Part shown: piece by piece, positions 39,470 through 49,886 of the stretch | Numbering within the stretch: the first letter of the stretch is position 1 | How the letters are laid out: each line of letters starts with the position of its first letter | Source of the DNA: Candidatus Bathyarchaeota archaeon | GTDB lineage: Archaea > Thermoproteota > Bathyarchaeia > Bathyarchaeales > Bathycorpusculaceae | DNA length: 64,000 nucleotides | Reading direction: 5' to 3' | Assembly: GCA_963828195.1 (NCBI GenBank) | Contig: CAWHDT010000007.1 | Span: 270,864-334,863 of the forward strand | The notes under the pieces: generated by a model | The model's input: only the letters and a program-made list of their open reading frames with translations | Databases searched by the model: none | Told to the model about the DNA's origin: nothing | Translations under genes and position numbers: made by a program

Positions 39470-41299
39470 TTGGACTTGGTGAATTCAGTGAAACGAACCC
39501 ATGCATTATTCATGATTGCGGTTTCCTTGTTACTAGTTTCCACCTCAACTGTTTTACTTTGCGGAGGAGCTTTTGCCCAAACCGCAGGTTACAGTATCAC
39601 CCAGGTTGATCACCAGGTCACTGTAATGTATTCTGGACAAGTAGTCATCCAAGATACAATATTCGTTTCAGGGCAAATCAGCAACAGCTTTGTCATGGGG
39701 ATGCCTTTTTCCTACAGTGCAGATATCCTCAAAGCTGTGGCTTACGACGCAAACAACGTTTACCAAGTAAGTTTAGGAGTTCCGATAGCTAACCAAAGCG
39801 GATTTTACGGCGCACAGGTAAATTTCAACGGACAAACACCAAGCGTTTTCACGGTAGCATTTATTTTGTCCAGCAATCTTCTTGCCCAGCAAGATGCCAA
39901 CGACTACACGCTTAATTTTCCGGCTTACCCCGTCCTCACACAAAACGCCGCCGTCTGCAACGTAACCATAGTTCTGCCAAGCACACCTCAAGGCATAACC
40001 ATAACCAAAAACGACGGAACGGTAACCTCAGAAAACTATATCGCGCAAAACTTGGCAGCATACACGTATTCTCCTGCGTCAGCGGCTATTCAAATTTACA
40101 ATGGATCTATACAGCAAGCCAATATAAACCAGCTAAACCGCCAAATAACAATTGATCCAGCTGGCAAAGTAACATCTTCAGACAGTTATACGATTATAAA
40201 CAACTCGACATTGGCGATGACGTCATTTATTTTAGATTTACCAGGCAATGCCGCAAACCTTGTAGTGAAAGATGAAACAGGAACAGTATTAGGGACGAGC
40301 ACCAGCTATTCAAACATAAACGATTTGCTTGCCAATACCACTTTAACTACATCCCTATCAACCGATCAATCCGTCAGTATAACTGCCACTTACAATTTAC
40401 CAAGTGCAACCATCAAAGGGTCCCAATACACACTGAGCAACTTTGAACTTTTCCCAGATTTCAATTATTACGTTAACCAGGCAAGTTTCACGTTTAATCC
40501 TCCACAGGGAGCATCAATTGTAACACCAAAGTTATCGTCCCTTGATTCCTCCAGTTCTTTAACAAGAAATACCTTCCAAGACACCCTTACCATAATGAGA
40601 GAGGGGTTAAGCTTCGTTGATTACAGCCTCCCAGAAGGCAATGCTTTGCAATTATCGTATAATTATAATCCGGTTTGGGTTTCTTTTTTACCCACCCTGT
40701 GGGTTTCACTTGCGGCAGTTATTGGATGTATAGGTGCTGTGTTCTATAAGAACCGCAAACCATACGAAAAAGAACCAATTAAAACCAGAAAAGAAAAGAT
40801 TTCAACTCCAAAACCAACTGCAGCAACAAGCACATCTCAACAACCACAAACTTTTGAGCCCATTGCTGGTCAACGTATCACTCAGGAAAACCTCAGAGAG
40901 TTCACCGAAGCTTACGAAGACAAAAAACGGTTAAGTGCAGAAATAAGATCGTTAGATTTAAGAGCACAAAAAGGAAAGATTCCCAGACGCCAATACAAAG
41001 TTCAACGCAGAGCTATAGAAATCCGTTTAGAAACAATTACAAGAACTACAAGCAGGCTAAAAGAGGTATTCCGAAGTTCAGGCAGCACTTATGCAGATTT
41101 AATTAAACAACTAGACTCTGCTGAAGCAGACTTAACCGACGCTGAAAATAACATCAAAAACTTGGAAACGCAGCAAAGCAAAGGAGAAATTTCGATAGAG
41201 ATGTACAAGAAAAACATTGCAGACAACCAAAAACGCAGAGACAAAGCAGATTCATCTATAAACGGAATACTGCTAAGACTACGTGAAAAAACTCACTAA
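39470..41299 (+). CDS. Ribophorin I (OST1/RPN1)-like type I membrane protein
   Basis: Signal peptide, two repeated beta-rich lumenal domains, one TM helix (about aa 405-427), charged cytoplasmic helical bundle. Confidence 0.6.
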   Translation: MDLVNSVKRTHALFMIAVSLLLVSTSTVLLCGGAFAQTAGYSITQVDHQVTVMYSGQVVIQDTIFVSGQISNSFVMGMPFSYSADILKAVAYDANNVYQVSLGVPIANQSGFYGAQVNFNGQTPSVFTVAFILSSNLLAQQDANDYTLNFPAYPVLTQNAAVCNVTIVLPSTPQGITITKNDGTVTSENYIAQNLAAYTYSPASAAIQIYNGSIQQANINQLNRQITIDPAGKVTSSDSYTIINNSTLAMTSFILDLPGNAANLVVKDETGTVLGTSTSYSNINDLLANTTLTTSLSTDQSVSITATYNLPSATIKGSQYTLSNFELFPDFNYYVNQASFTFNPPQGASIVTPKLSSLDSSSSLTRNTFQDTLTIMREGLSFVDYSLPEGNALQLSYNYNPVWVSFLPTLWVSLAAVIGCIGAVFYKNRKPYEKEPIKTRKEKISTPKPTAATSTSQQPQTFEPIAGQRITQENLREFTEAYEDKKRLSAEIRSLDLRAQKGKIPRRQYKVQRRAIEIRLETITRTTSRLKEVFRSSGSTYADLIKQLDSAEADLTDAENNIKNLETQQSKGEISIEMYKKNIADNQKRRDKADSSINGILLRLREKTH

Positions 41300-41360
41300 A
41301 AAACCTAAACCCTTTTATTTTACGCCCTAGCTTTTCAATAAAATTCAGAGGTAAACAAAT

Positions 41361-41540
41361 ATGGTAAAAATAGTTGTCGATCCCAAATGCACCGGATGCG
41401 AAACATGCGTAAACACTTGCCCCGTAGGCGTTTATGAAATCAAAGACGGCAAATCTACACCATCCAAAGTAAGCGAATGCCTAGTCTGCAGAGCATGTGA
41501 AGCTCAATGTCCTGAAGGTGCAATTCAAGTAATCGAGTAA
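41361..41540 (+). CDS. 2[4Fe-4S] ferredoxin (59 aa, not in ORF track)
   Basis: MVKIVVDPKCTGCETCVNTCP...CLVCRACEAQCP; GAGGT RBS. Confidence 0.92.
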   Translation: MVKIVVDPKCTGCETCVNTCPVGVYEIKDGKSTPSKVSECLVCRACEAQCPEGAIQVIE

Positions 41541-41567
41541 ATTCAAGCTCACATTGAATTGCGCACG

Positions 41568-41608
41568 CAGCTCTCAAACAATAGTTGAGAGACTGTTCCC
41601 TTTTTATT
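41568..41608 (+). terminator. Hairpin plus T-tract after the ferredoxin gene
   Basis: CTCTCAA...TTGAGAG stem followed by TTTTT. Confidence 0.4.
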
Positions 41609-42142
41609 AATTAATTAGTTTATTCTCGTGACCGTTGCAGGTGTGCTGGGTTATATTACAATAAAGCAGTAGGCTATTCATAAAATCTAATGATGAAAAC
41701 TTTGATGTTTAATGCTTGGCAGTGATTTGAATGTTGTTTGTGTTATTCATTTTTCAAGGCTGTTGTGAACTGATTTAATCTTCAATATCTCTTAAAAACC
41801 TCATAATTTTTTCGATTTGCTTTACAGTAGCGTAGTTAATTTTTTGTTGTTCTTCCTCGATGTTTATGAGCGAAATATCAGTTACCATAGCCAACGAATA
41901 GGCTGCTTTTGCTATAACGATTATGTCTGCAGATACTTCGAACTTCGAAGCAGGATGAACCCCGAGGTTGCGCATTTTAACATTTTTATGTATTTTTAAT
42001 CGCGTCAATGAAGCAAAATTGCATTTTATCAGATTCTTGTTACCTTGTTAGTCCACTGGAGGCACAGAAAAACATTTTTCATGGAAAATGCGTCTATTTG
42101 ACAAGTAAAAGTTATATGTTAAAATGAGGCTTCATCTTGCTT

Positions 42143-42418
42143 ATGGCAGATAAAATTCACTGTGCACACATACTTGTCAAGACAGAAACAGAGGCAAAAA
42201 ACATCAAGGCCCGACTTGATAAAGGTGAAAAATTCGGCGCCCTCGCCAAAAACGTGTCGCTCTGCCCATCCGCAAAGAACAGCGGAGACCTGGGCACTTT
42301 CACAAGGGGCAAAATGGTTAAGGAGTTTGAGAAAGCCGCTTTTGCGCTTGAGAAAGGGCAAACTTCTGGCCCTGTAAAAACGCAATTTGGGTACCACATA
42401 ATTAAACGATTAGAATAA
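42143..42418 (+). CDS. ppiC: Parvulin-type peptidyl-prolyl isomerase
   Basis: [33 protein letters not shown]. Confidence 0.95.
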   Translation: MADKIHCAHILVKTETEAKNIKARLDKGEKFGALAKNVSLCPSAKNSGDLGTFTRGKMVKEFEKAAFALEKGQTSGPVKTQFGYHIIKRLE

Positions 42419-42447
42419 ACACTGCACAAATCGGTTTAACGACGTGA

Positions 42448-43299
42448 TTATAACCTGAAAACTAGATACAGTAAACCGCTTGTTATCGCTATTATTCCAA
42501 GCGCGGTTATCAAGTAAATTATTTTCGATTTTCCCGCAATTTTGATTAGAAAATCGATTAAGAACAAACTTACAACCGTGGCAACAATAATAGCAACTAT
42601 GATTCCGCCCAAACCAATCACAGAGACTGCGGCGGAAACATTCGCCTTTGAGGCGATAAGAGTTAACCCGAAAGCGCCGATAGACGCAAAAATGCCTACA
42701 ACAAACGATAATCTGAAAGCCTCGTCGGGCTCAACATCCAGCAGCAGCATGGCGCTCGTTGTGGTTCCTGACCTGCTAACCCCGGGCAAAGCTGATATTC
42801 CCTGCACGATTCCGATTAAGATGTAATCTTTGAGTGATAGGTTTTCCAGTTTTCTTGAGTTAATTCCTTTTTCACGTTTCTGCCTTGAGTATCGTATGAG
42901 CGCAGCGTCAGCGAGGAGAACCAGCCCCACTATGAGCATGGGTATGCCTAATGCGATTCCGCTTATGGAGTCGGCGACGAGGTAGAGCGGAACGGCTATA
43001 ATGCCCGTGATTACTGTTACAACCACCACGTAGATGAGGAGTTTTCTGTCCATCTGATTTTTTGAACCCAGCAGCACCTGCACCATTTTAAGTAGGTCTT
43101 TTCTAAAGTAAACAACTGCAGCGAATATCGTGCCTATTTCCATGAATAAGCCAAAGGTGTATGCCTGCTGAAACGTCAGTTTAAGGAGATACGTGGAGGA
43201 AACGATAATTTGGGTTTTGCTGCTTATAGGCAGCCACTCAGAAATGCCCTGGATTAATCCTATTATCGCGGCATAGATTAAATGGAGGATAGCTGACAC
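42448..43299 (-). CDS. uppP: Undecaprenyl-diphosphate phosphatase (UppP/BacA family)
   Basis: QGISEWLPISS and PGVSRSGTT motifs. Confidence 0.9.
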   Translation of the reverse strand: MSAILHLIYAAIIGLIQGISEWLPISSKTQIIVSSTYLLKLTFQQAYTFGLFMEIGTIFAAVVYFRKDLLKMVQVLLGSKNQMDRKLLIYVVVVTVITGIIAVPLYLVADSISGIALGIPMLIVGLVLLADAALIRYSRQKREKGINSRKLENLSLKDYILIGIVQGISALPGVSRSGTTTSAMLLLDVEPDEAFRLSFVVGIFASIGAFGLTLIASKANVSAAVSVIGLGGIIVAIIVATVVSLFLIDFLIKIAGKSKIIYLITALGIIAITSGLLYLVFRL

Positions 43300-43488
43300 G
43301 TATTATCAGCCATTGTGAAAGCCCGACAAGCTATAAAGATTTTCATGTTTTATCGTCTCCTTTACGTGTTAAAGTCGAATCGTATCGCCAAACATCGGTC
43401 AGCTGTTTTCCTGCGGTAGATGGGCGAATATATATCTTTTTTAGACACATTTATATTGTAAGCAACCAAACACTCAGAGAGAAAAGCT

Positions 43489-45597
43489 ATGACAAAAGCA
43501 CGCGACCCCGTATGCGGAATGGACGTTGATACGGAAACAGCCTTAAGCGCCAAAATAGGCGACCGAACCTACTACTTCTGCAGCCAACAATGCCTCGACG
43601 TATACACTGCACCTGAACGTGAGCTTAAGGCGATGCAGCGAAGAGTGGGGTTCACTTTGGCGGGGGCAATCGCAGCTCTGGGGCTTAAAGTGCTTGCGCT
43701 GTTCGGTTTGATAGCGACGATAATGTATTTTGACGTAGCGGGAGGGCTTCGAATTTTCGACATAGCCATATTTGCCGTGTCAACACCTATCGTGTGGATA
43801 GCTGGCTTTCGGATTTACAAGGGAGCTTACCAGTCACTTAGAAACCGCAACATCAACATGGACGTTCTGGTGACAATAGGAGTTCTCGCAGGCTGGACAT
43901 ATGGAGTCATAAACATCTTTTTGCTGCCTGCACAACAAGCGGGTTCAGGTTACCTGGAAATAGCCATCGGCATCTTAGCCTTTGTCCTGCTGGGAAGGTA
44001 CATCGAAGAATTAATTCGGCGCCGATCAGCCGCCTCAATACGAAAACTCCTCGAACTTCAACCGACAATGGCAAGAGTTGACAGAGACGGAAAAGAAACC
44101 GACATACCCATAGAAGAAGTTAAAGTGGGCGACACAATCACTGTTAAGCCGGGGGAAAAAATCCCCATTGACGGCATTGTAACTGCAGGTTACTCGTCGG
44201 TTGATGAGAAACTGCTTACTGGCGAGAGTATACCCGTCGAGAAAACTGTCGGAAGCGAAGTTGTTGGCGCCACAATCAACAAAACTGGATTCTTGACGAT
44301 CGAAGCCACAAAAGTCAGCGGCGAAACCGCCCTGTCACAGATAGTTCACCTTGTTGAAGAGGCTCAGGCTTCGAGTGCTCCAGTGCAGAGATTTGCTGAC
44401 CGAATTGTCCGATGGTTTGTTCCAATTATTTTGACGGTAGCAACCATTTCGTTTGTCTACTGGTATGTGACAAGCGGCAACTTTGCAACAGCGTTCTTGG
44501 TGCTGTTGGCTGTGGTGTTGATTTCTTGTCCATGCGCCTTGGGCATTGCAACTCCGACAGCCATTCTTGCAGGTGTCGGAAAAGGCGCGGAATACGGAGT
44601 ATTGCTGCGAAGCGGAGAATACATTGAAAAAGCGAGAAAACTTACAACCGTCATATTCGACAAAACTGGAACTTTGACAAAGGGAGAGCCAAGCGTAACC
44701 GACATCAAAACCTACAACGCTTACACAGAACATGACGTATTGCGCTATGCAGGCGCCGCTGAGAAAGGTTCAGAGCATCCTTTGGCGGCAGCTATAATTG
44801 CCAAAGCTGAAGCAGAAAAAGTACCTGTTGCTCAACCTGGCAGTTTTGAGGCTTTACCCGGCAGAGGCGTCAAATGTAGTGTCGGAGGCAAAGCGGTTCT
44901 GCTGGGAAATCGCAAGTTGATGCAGGAACAAAACGTTTCCACAAGCGGGTTGGAAGCTGACCTTACGGCGTTTGAAGCTCAAGGAAAAACTGTAATGGTC
45001 CTCGCGGTGGATGGGCAATGTGTCGGATTAGTCGCAGCTATGGATACCCCAAAAGAGAGCGCCGCCGAAGCTGTTGAGCAATTGAAGAGCATGAATCTGG
45101 AAGTTGTCATGTTGACTGGCGATAATGAAGTAACCGCTAAAGCAATCGCTCATCAACTGGGCATCACCGAGGTTATTGCGAACGTTCTGCCATGGCAAAA
45201 GTCAGAAGCCATTAAGAAACTTCAAAGCAAAGGCAAAATCGTCGCGATGGTTGGGGACGGAATCAACGATGCGCCCGCGTTAGCTCAAGCCGACATCGGC
45301 ATCGCGATTGGAAGCGGAACCGACATTGCCAAAGAAACCGGCGGCATAGTGCTGATTCGAGATGACTTGAGGGATGTGGCTTTAGGAGTTGAACTTAGCA
45401 AGAAAACGATGCGAAAAATCGACACTAACCTGATGTGGGCTTTCGGCTACAACGTAATTATGATTCCGATTGCCGCTGCGGGTTTACTGAATCCAATGTA
45501 CGCTGCAGGGGCGATGGCGATAAGCAGCCTAACGGTAGTCAGCAACTCCGCGTTGTTAAAGTTGGCTAAATTTAAATCAGACAAAGTTAATCAGTAA
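43489..45597 (+). CDS. copA: Cu(I)-transporting P1B-ATPase with N-terminal YHS/TRASH domain
   Basis: [42 protein letters not shown]. Confidence 0.93.
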   Translation: MTKARDPVCGMDVDTETALSAKIGDRTYYFCSQQCLDVYTAPERELKAMQRRVGFTLAGAIAALGLKVLALFGLIATIMYFDVAGGLRIFDIAIFAVSTPIVWIAGFRIYKGAYQSLRNRNINMDVLVTIGVLAGWTYGVINIFLLPAQQAGSGYLEIAIGILAFVLLGRYIEELIRRRSAASIRKLLELQPTMARVDRDGKETDIPIEEVKVGDTITVKPGEKIPIDGIVTAGYSSVDEKLLTGESIPVEKTVGSEVVGATINKTGFLTIEATKVSGETALSQIVHLVEEAQASSAPVQRFADRIVRWFVPIILTVATISFVYWYVTSGNFATAFLVLLAVVLISCPCALGIATPTAILAGVGKGAEYGVLLRSGEYIEKARKLTTVIFDKTGTLTKGEPSVTDIKTYNAYTEHDVLRYAGAAEKGSEHPLAAAIIAKAEAEKVPVAQPGSFEALPGRGVKCSVGGKAVLLGNRKLMQEQNVSTSGLEADLTAFEAQGKTVMVLAVDGQCVGLVAAMDTPKESAAEAVEQLKSMNLEVVMLTGDNEVTAKAIAHQLGITEVIANVLPWQKSEAIKKLQSKGKIVAMVGDGINDAPALAQADIGIAIGSGTDIAKETGGIVLIRDDLRDVALGVELSKKTMRKIDTNLMWAFGYNVIMIPIAAAGLLNPMYAAGAMAISSLTVVSNSALLKLAKFKSDKVNQ

Positions 45598-45621
45598 CAT
45601 TAGGATTGGAGGTGAATGTTT

Positions 45622-45777
45622 ATGGCTAAAGATCCAGTTTGCGGCATGATGGTTGACGAGAAAAAAGCAAAATTCAAATCGGACTACAACGGCAAAACAT
45701 TCTATTTCTGCGCTGTCGCCTGCAAAACCACTTTTGACAAAGACCCAAAAAAATATGCAGGTGCCTCTGGGAAATAA
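45622..45777 (+). CDS. YHS/TRASH metallochaperone (51 aa, not in ORF track)
   Basis: MAKDPVCGMMVD...FYFCAVACKTTFDKDPKKY; GGAGGTGA RBS. Confidence 0.9.
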   Translation: MAKDPVCGMMVDEKKAKFKSDYNGKTFYFCAVACKTTFDKDPKKYAGASGK

Positions 45778-45873
45778 CTTTTGCATTTGGGACTGTTCTA
45801 AGCCTCAAGTTTAGAGCGCCGTTTAATCTAATTTTCAACGCTGCTTTTTTTCCCGATCTAAATTCAGTTCGTT

Positions 45874-46518
45874 TTAGAACGCGCCTAATAGCACGTGCTC
45901 CGCAAACAGGTCCTCGTTGAATGCTCCAACAAACTCTATTTTCTCATTAATAACTATCTTGGGCACCCCGATTACGTTGTACTTCATGGCTAAATCTGGA
46001 AACTCGCTGGTTTCTATCACGTCCGCTTTCACCAAATCGCTTTCGATGGCTAACTTATGTGCAACTGCCGCAGCTGCAGGGCAATGGGGGCAGGTGAGGG
46101 TTACGAAGACTTGAATGTGAACGGGATTTTTGACCTCTTTTAGAATTGACTTTGTGTTGTCTGTGAGGTCAGTTTGGCCTTTTGAAACGTTAATGATTGC
46201 TTCAATTAAAGTTTGCAGTTCGTACCCGTAGGGTATCCCGTAAATCCGCACGCCATAATCTTTTTTGCCGATTATCGCTAAGGCTGGAATTTTGTCGATG
46301 CCGTATTCTTTTGCTTTTGCGGTGTCAGCTACAAAATCATTCACCTCAACGGTTATCTTATCATCGAGTGTGGCTATGTCGGTTACTAGGTTTCGTGTGT
46401 CGGAGCAGTATCGGCATTCAATCTCTTGAGTAAACATGACAATTTTAACTGGGTCAACCAGTTTCTCTTTAAAATCAGCTTTAAGTAATTCTTTCTTGTC
46501 CTCAGGAAGCAAACTCAT
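45874..46518 (-). CDS. pdo: Protein disulfide oxidoreductase (PDO, double thioredoxin fold)
   Basis: CRYC and CPHC sites, YGIPYGYE. Confidence 0.92.
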   Translation of the reverse strand: MSLLPEDKKELLKADFKEKLVDPVKIVMFTQEIECRYCSDTRNLVTDIATLDDKITVEVNDFVADTAKAKEYGIDKIPALAIIGKKDYGVRIYGIPYGYELQTLIEAIINVSKGQTDLTDNTKSILKEVKNPVHIQVFVTLTCPHCPAAAAVAHKLAIESDLVKADVIETSEFPDLAMKYNVIGVPKIVINEKIEFVGAFNEDLFAEHVLLGAF

Positions 46519-46712
46519 AAAATCTACGCTCCATAAACGGTTTCGCCAATTGCTTTGGCAACCAATTAAATTAACAGGGTGTTCGGGAATATATTGATTT
46601 TTGATTTCTTAAGCAGGCATAATGAATTTGGTCTGTGGGGATCTTTTTTGGATTTGAGGCTTTTTTTCAGGATTGTTTTGTCCGATTTAGGCGTGTTCTT
46701 TTGTGTTTTTTT

Positions 46713-46841
46713 AAGTTGCGACTTTGCCCCTGTGAAAGTTGCGACTTCCCGCTTTGGCTCTTTGTGTTTTGGGTTGTTTTTTTGGTTTAGGTTTGGCTTC
46801 TGCCTGAACGTTGCGACTTTGGGATGGGCGGATTGCAACTT
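46713..46841. promoter_or_regulatory. Four near-palindromic AAGTTGCRACTT-type motifs between pdo and osmC
   Basis: GTTGCGACTT at 46715, 46738 and 46810; ATTGCAACTT at 46832. Confidence 0.45.
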
Positions 46842-46965
46842 TCCATGTTGACGCTATGTGGGCGGTATTGTCGGTTATGGGCGGGGGCTCGATTTACGTG
46901 CTGAACAAAAGCCATATAAACAATCGGGACCTATCAAACCTTGATTTTTGTCTGTTTAATTGGAG

Positions 46966-47394
46966 ATGGAAAATTTGACTACGAAAATGTATGCTAATGC
47001 CAAGTTGATTGAGGGCTTCCAAATTTTGCTTGATGATAACGGATCTCATAGTTACGTCGTGGATCTTGCTCCTGATGTTGGAACGGGGCTTGGGGCTTCG
47101 TCGCTTGAACTCTGTGTGATGAGTCATGCGGGCTGCTACGTTACGATTCTTGCGTTGGTGGCGAGGAAAATGCATTTGACGCTTAAAGGCGCCAGAGTCA
47201 AGGTTGAAGCGGTGAAGTCGGATGAAACTGGAACCGTCAGCGAGGAAACCTTTGACATAAGCATTAAGACGGATGCACCGCAGGATAGGGTTGAGAGGCT
47301 GCATAAGCTGACGCTTGAAACGTGCCCAGTCGGCATTCTTTTCGAGAAGGCAGGAGTCAAAATAACCTACAAGCTCAACGTTACAAAGGAGTAA
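46966..47394 (+). CDS. OsmC/Ohr family protein
   Basis: GLGASSLEL...AGC...TCPV. Confidence 0.85.
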   Translation: MENLTTKMYANAKLIEGFQILLDDNGSHSYVVDLAPDVGTGLGASSLELCVMSHAGCYVTILALVARKMHLTLKGARVKVEAVKSDETGTVSEETFDISIKTDAPQDRVERLHKLTLETCPVGILFEKAGVKITYKLNVTKE

Positions 47395-47400
47395 GAAACT

Positions 47401-48588
47401 GTGCAGAATGTTGTTTTGAAGGAAGGAGTAAACTGGGTTGGAGTTGAAGATTGGAACATACGAGACTTTCACGGGTATGTTACAAGCCGAGGCACCACCT
47501 ACAACGCATACTTAATTAGAGATGAAAAAACAGCGCTCATAGACACTGTAAAATGCAATTTCGCCGAGCGCTTAATCGAGAACATCGAAGAGCTAACAAG
47601 CCTAGAAAAAATCGATTACATCATAGTTAACCATGTGGAGATGGATCATTCGGGCGCCCTTCCCGAAATCGTAAAAATAGCTAAAAACGCCAAGATAATT
47701 TCGTCTCAAAGAGGAAAAGAAGCGCTTATCGAGCATTTCGGCGAGGAATTCAACAGGGTTGAAACAGTGAAGACCGGTGACGAGCTAAAACTTGGCAAGC
47801 ATACCTTGCGTTTTCTCGAAACTCCGATGCTGCATTGGCCCGACAGCATGTTCACTTATCTTGTGGAAGACAAAATCCTTATGTCAAACGACGCTTTTGG
47901 GGAGCATCTTGCCAGTTCTGAGCGCTTCGACGACGAAGTTGACCCAGCATTGCTTATGGAAGAAGCTAGAACTTATTACGCGAACATTTTGACGCCTTTT
48001 GCACCGCTCATTACCCGAAAGATTCAGGAGCTTGTGCAAATGGGCCTTCCCATCGACATTATTGCCCCAGACCACGGTATAATCTGGAGAAAAGACCCAT
48101 CTAAAATTATTAAAGCTTACCTGCAATGGAGCTCAGGCGTGGCTAAGCAGAAAGTTGTAATTGTTTATGATACAATGTGGGGAAGCACAGAAAAGATGGC
48201 TCGCGCCATAGAAGACGGCCTAAATAGTGAGGGTCTCGAGATTAAGTCGCTCAAGCTCCGAGCCACAACCAACACCGATGTTGTAACGGAGATACTGGAA
48301 GCTAAAGCGGTTATCGTGGGTTCGCCAACGCTCAACAACCAAATGTTTCCGACTGTTAGCTCCTTTTTAACCTACATAACGGGACTGAAACCGAAAGGAA
48401 AACTGTGGGTGTTCTTCGGCTCCTTCGGCTGGGGAGGCGGTGCGGTCAGGGATATGGTTGAAATGGCAAAAAAAGCAGGCTTCCAAATCAATGAAACATC
48501 TATAGAAGTCAAGTACATTCCAGACGAAGACGATTTGAAAAAATGTGTTGATTTTGGGCAAAAAATAGCCCAAAAAATCAAGTCTTAA
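47401..48588 (+). CDS. fprA: Flavodiiron protein FprA (O2/NO reductase)
   Basis: GTTYNAY, HVEMDH, HWPD, DAFG, PDHG, flavodoxin domain TMWGST. Confidence 0.95.
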   Translation: MQNVVLKEGVNWVGVEDWNIRDFHGYVTSRGTTYNAYLIRDEKTALIDTVKCNFAERLIENIEELTSLEKIDYIIVNHVEMDHSGALPEIVKIAKNAKIISSQRGKEALIEHFGEEFNRVETVKTGDELKLGKHTLRFLETPMLHWPDSMFTYLVEDKILMSNDAFGEHLASSERFDDEVDPALLMEEARTYYANILTPFAPLITRKIQELVQMGLPIDIIAPDHGIIWRKDPSKIIKAYLQWSSGVAKQKVVIVYDTMWGSTEKMARAIEDGLNSEGLEIKSLKLRATTNTDVVTEILEAKAVIVGSPTLNNQMFPTVSSFLTYITGLKPKGKLWVFFGSFGWGGGAVRDMVEMAKKAGFQINETSIEVKYIPDEDDLKKCVDFGQKIAQKIKS

Positions 48589-48592
48589 CTTT

Positions 48593-49096
48593 TTAAGCTA
48601 TTTTCATGAATTTTTCTTTTGGCGTGGAGCAGATTGGGCATTTGTCAGGCGCTGAACCTTCAAAGGTGTTTCCGCAGATGGGGCACACCCAATAGTCTAC
48701 TTTGGCGTGTTCCTTCTTGTTCTTCATTGCGTCAAGTGCTTTCTGGTATAAGCCTGCGTGTATTTGCTCAACCTTGTTTGCAAACTCAAAGCTTATTTCA
48801 GCGTGCTTATTTCCTTCCTTCTTTGCGTCAGCAATGAATTCAGGGTACATCGTTTTGAACTCGTATGTTTCCCCGGTAATCGCAGTTCCCAAGTTGTCTT
48901 TGGTTGATTTTACCTGCCCAGTTATTTGCAGATGGTTCAGGGCGTGGACGGTTTCTGCTTCAGCCGCGGCTCTAAACAGCTTAGCTACTTGCGGGAAACC
49001 TTCTTCAGCTGCCTTCTTAGCGAAAGCCAAATACAACCTGTTAGCTTGGGATTCGCCTGCGAAAGCAGCCTTTAAGTTTTCATCAGTTTTAGTCAT
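48593..49096 (-). CDS. rbr: Rubrerythrin
   Basis: AFAGESQA, AETVHA, GETYE, VEQIH, CPICG...CPIC. Confidence 0.95.
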   Translation of the reverse strand: MTKTDENLKAAFAGESQANRLYLAFAKKAAEEGFPQVAKLFRAAAEAETVHALNHLQITGQVKSTKDNLGTAITGETYEFKTMYPEFIADAKKEGNKHAEISFEFANKVEQIHAGLYQKALDAMKNKKEHAKVDYWVCPICGNTFEGSAPDKCPICSTPKEKFMKIA

Positions 49097-49246
49097 AAAA
49101 GTTCACCAAAAAATAATTGTCAAAGGCAAGTAATAAGCTATACTAAACCCAATTTTAAAGCAGCTAAAATGCTAGTCGCATTGTGACAATAGGCAAAGTA
49201 TATTAGTTGTTTTCTCCTTTGGTTTGTTTGATTTTTGGTGAATTTT

Positions 49247-49858
49247 ATGGAAAAAGTAAAATCATTTACTCTACCAAAACTGCCATATGCCTATAATGCC
49301 TTAGCACCGTACATTTCGGAGCAGCAACTAACACTCCACCACGATAAACATCATCAAGCGTATGTAAACGGCGCAAACGCGGCTTTTGAAAAACTTGACA
49401 AGGCGCGCAGCGAAAACGCAGACCTCGACCAGAAAGCCCTGCTGAAAGAGTTATCATTCAACATCGGAGGACACCTCTTGCACACTGCGTTCTGGGAAAA
49501 CATGGCGCCCGCAGGCAAAGGCGGAGGAAAACCAGGCGGAGCAGCAGCCGACATGATTGACATGGGCTTTGGAAGCTTTGAGCGGTTCAAAAAGGAATTC
49601 ACGATGGCTGCTACAAGCGTTGAAGGTTCAGGTTGGGCTGCATTAGCTGTACATCCATGCATCGGAAGGCCACTGATTATGCAAATTGAAAAACACAACG
49701 TGAACGTTTTCCCAACATTCAACATCCTGATGGTTCTCGACGTTTGGGAACACGCTTACTATCTGGACTACAAAAATGAGCGCCCGAAGTTCGTTGAAGC
49801 CTTCTGGAACATCATAAACTGGGACAACGTTAACAAAAAACTCAGCCTGTTCAAGTAA
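49247..49858 (+). CDS. sod: Fe/Mn superoxide dismutase
   Basis: [28 protein letters not shown]. Confidence 0.97.
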   Translation: MEKVKSFTLPKLPYAYNALAPYISEQQLTLHHDKHHQAYVNGANAAFEKLDKARSENADLDQKALLKELSFNIGGHLLHTAFWENMAPAGKGGGKPGGAAADMIDMGFGSFERFKKEFTMAATSVEGSGWAALAVHPCIGRPLIMQIEKHNVNVFPTFNILMVLDVWEHAYYLDYKNERPKFVEAFWNIINWDNVNKKLSLFK

Positions 49859-49886
49859 ACACTTCTTTTTTCTTTTTTTGTCGTTT

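Noticed and set aside
41775-42008. 77-aa minus-strand ORF
   Set aside because: No recognisable motif or RBS; it may be a gene fragment but I cannot support it
46566-46851. Opposing 90-aa ORFs in the pdo-osmC gap
   Set aside because: Products of a T-rich strand skew, with no family features
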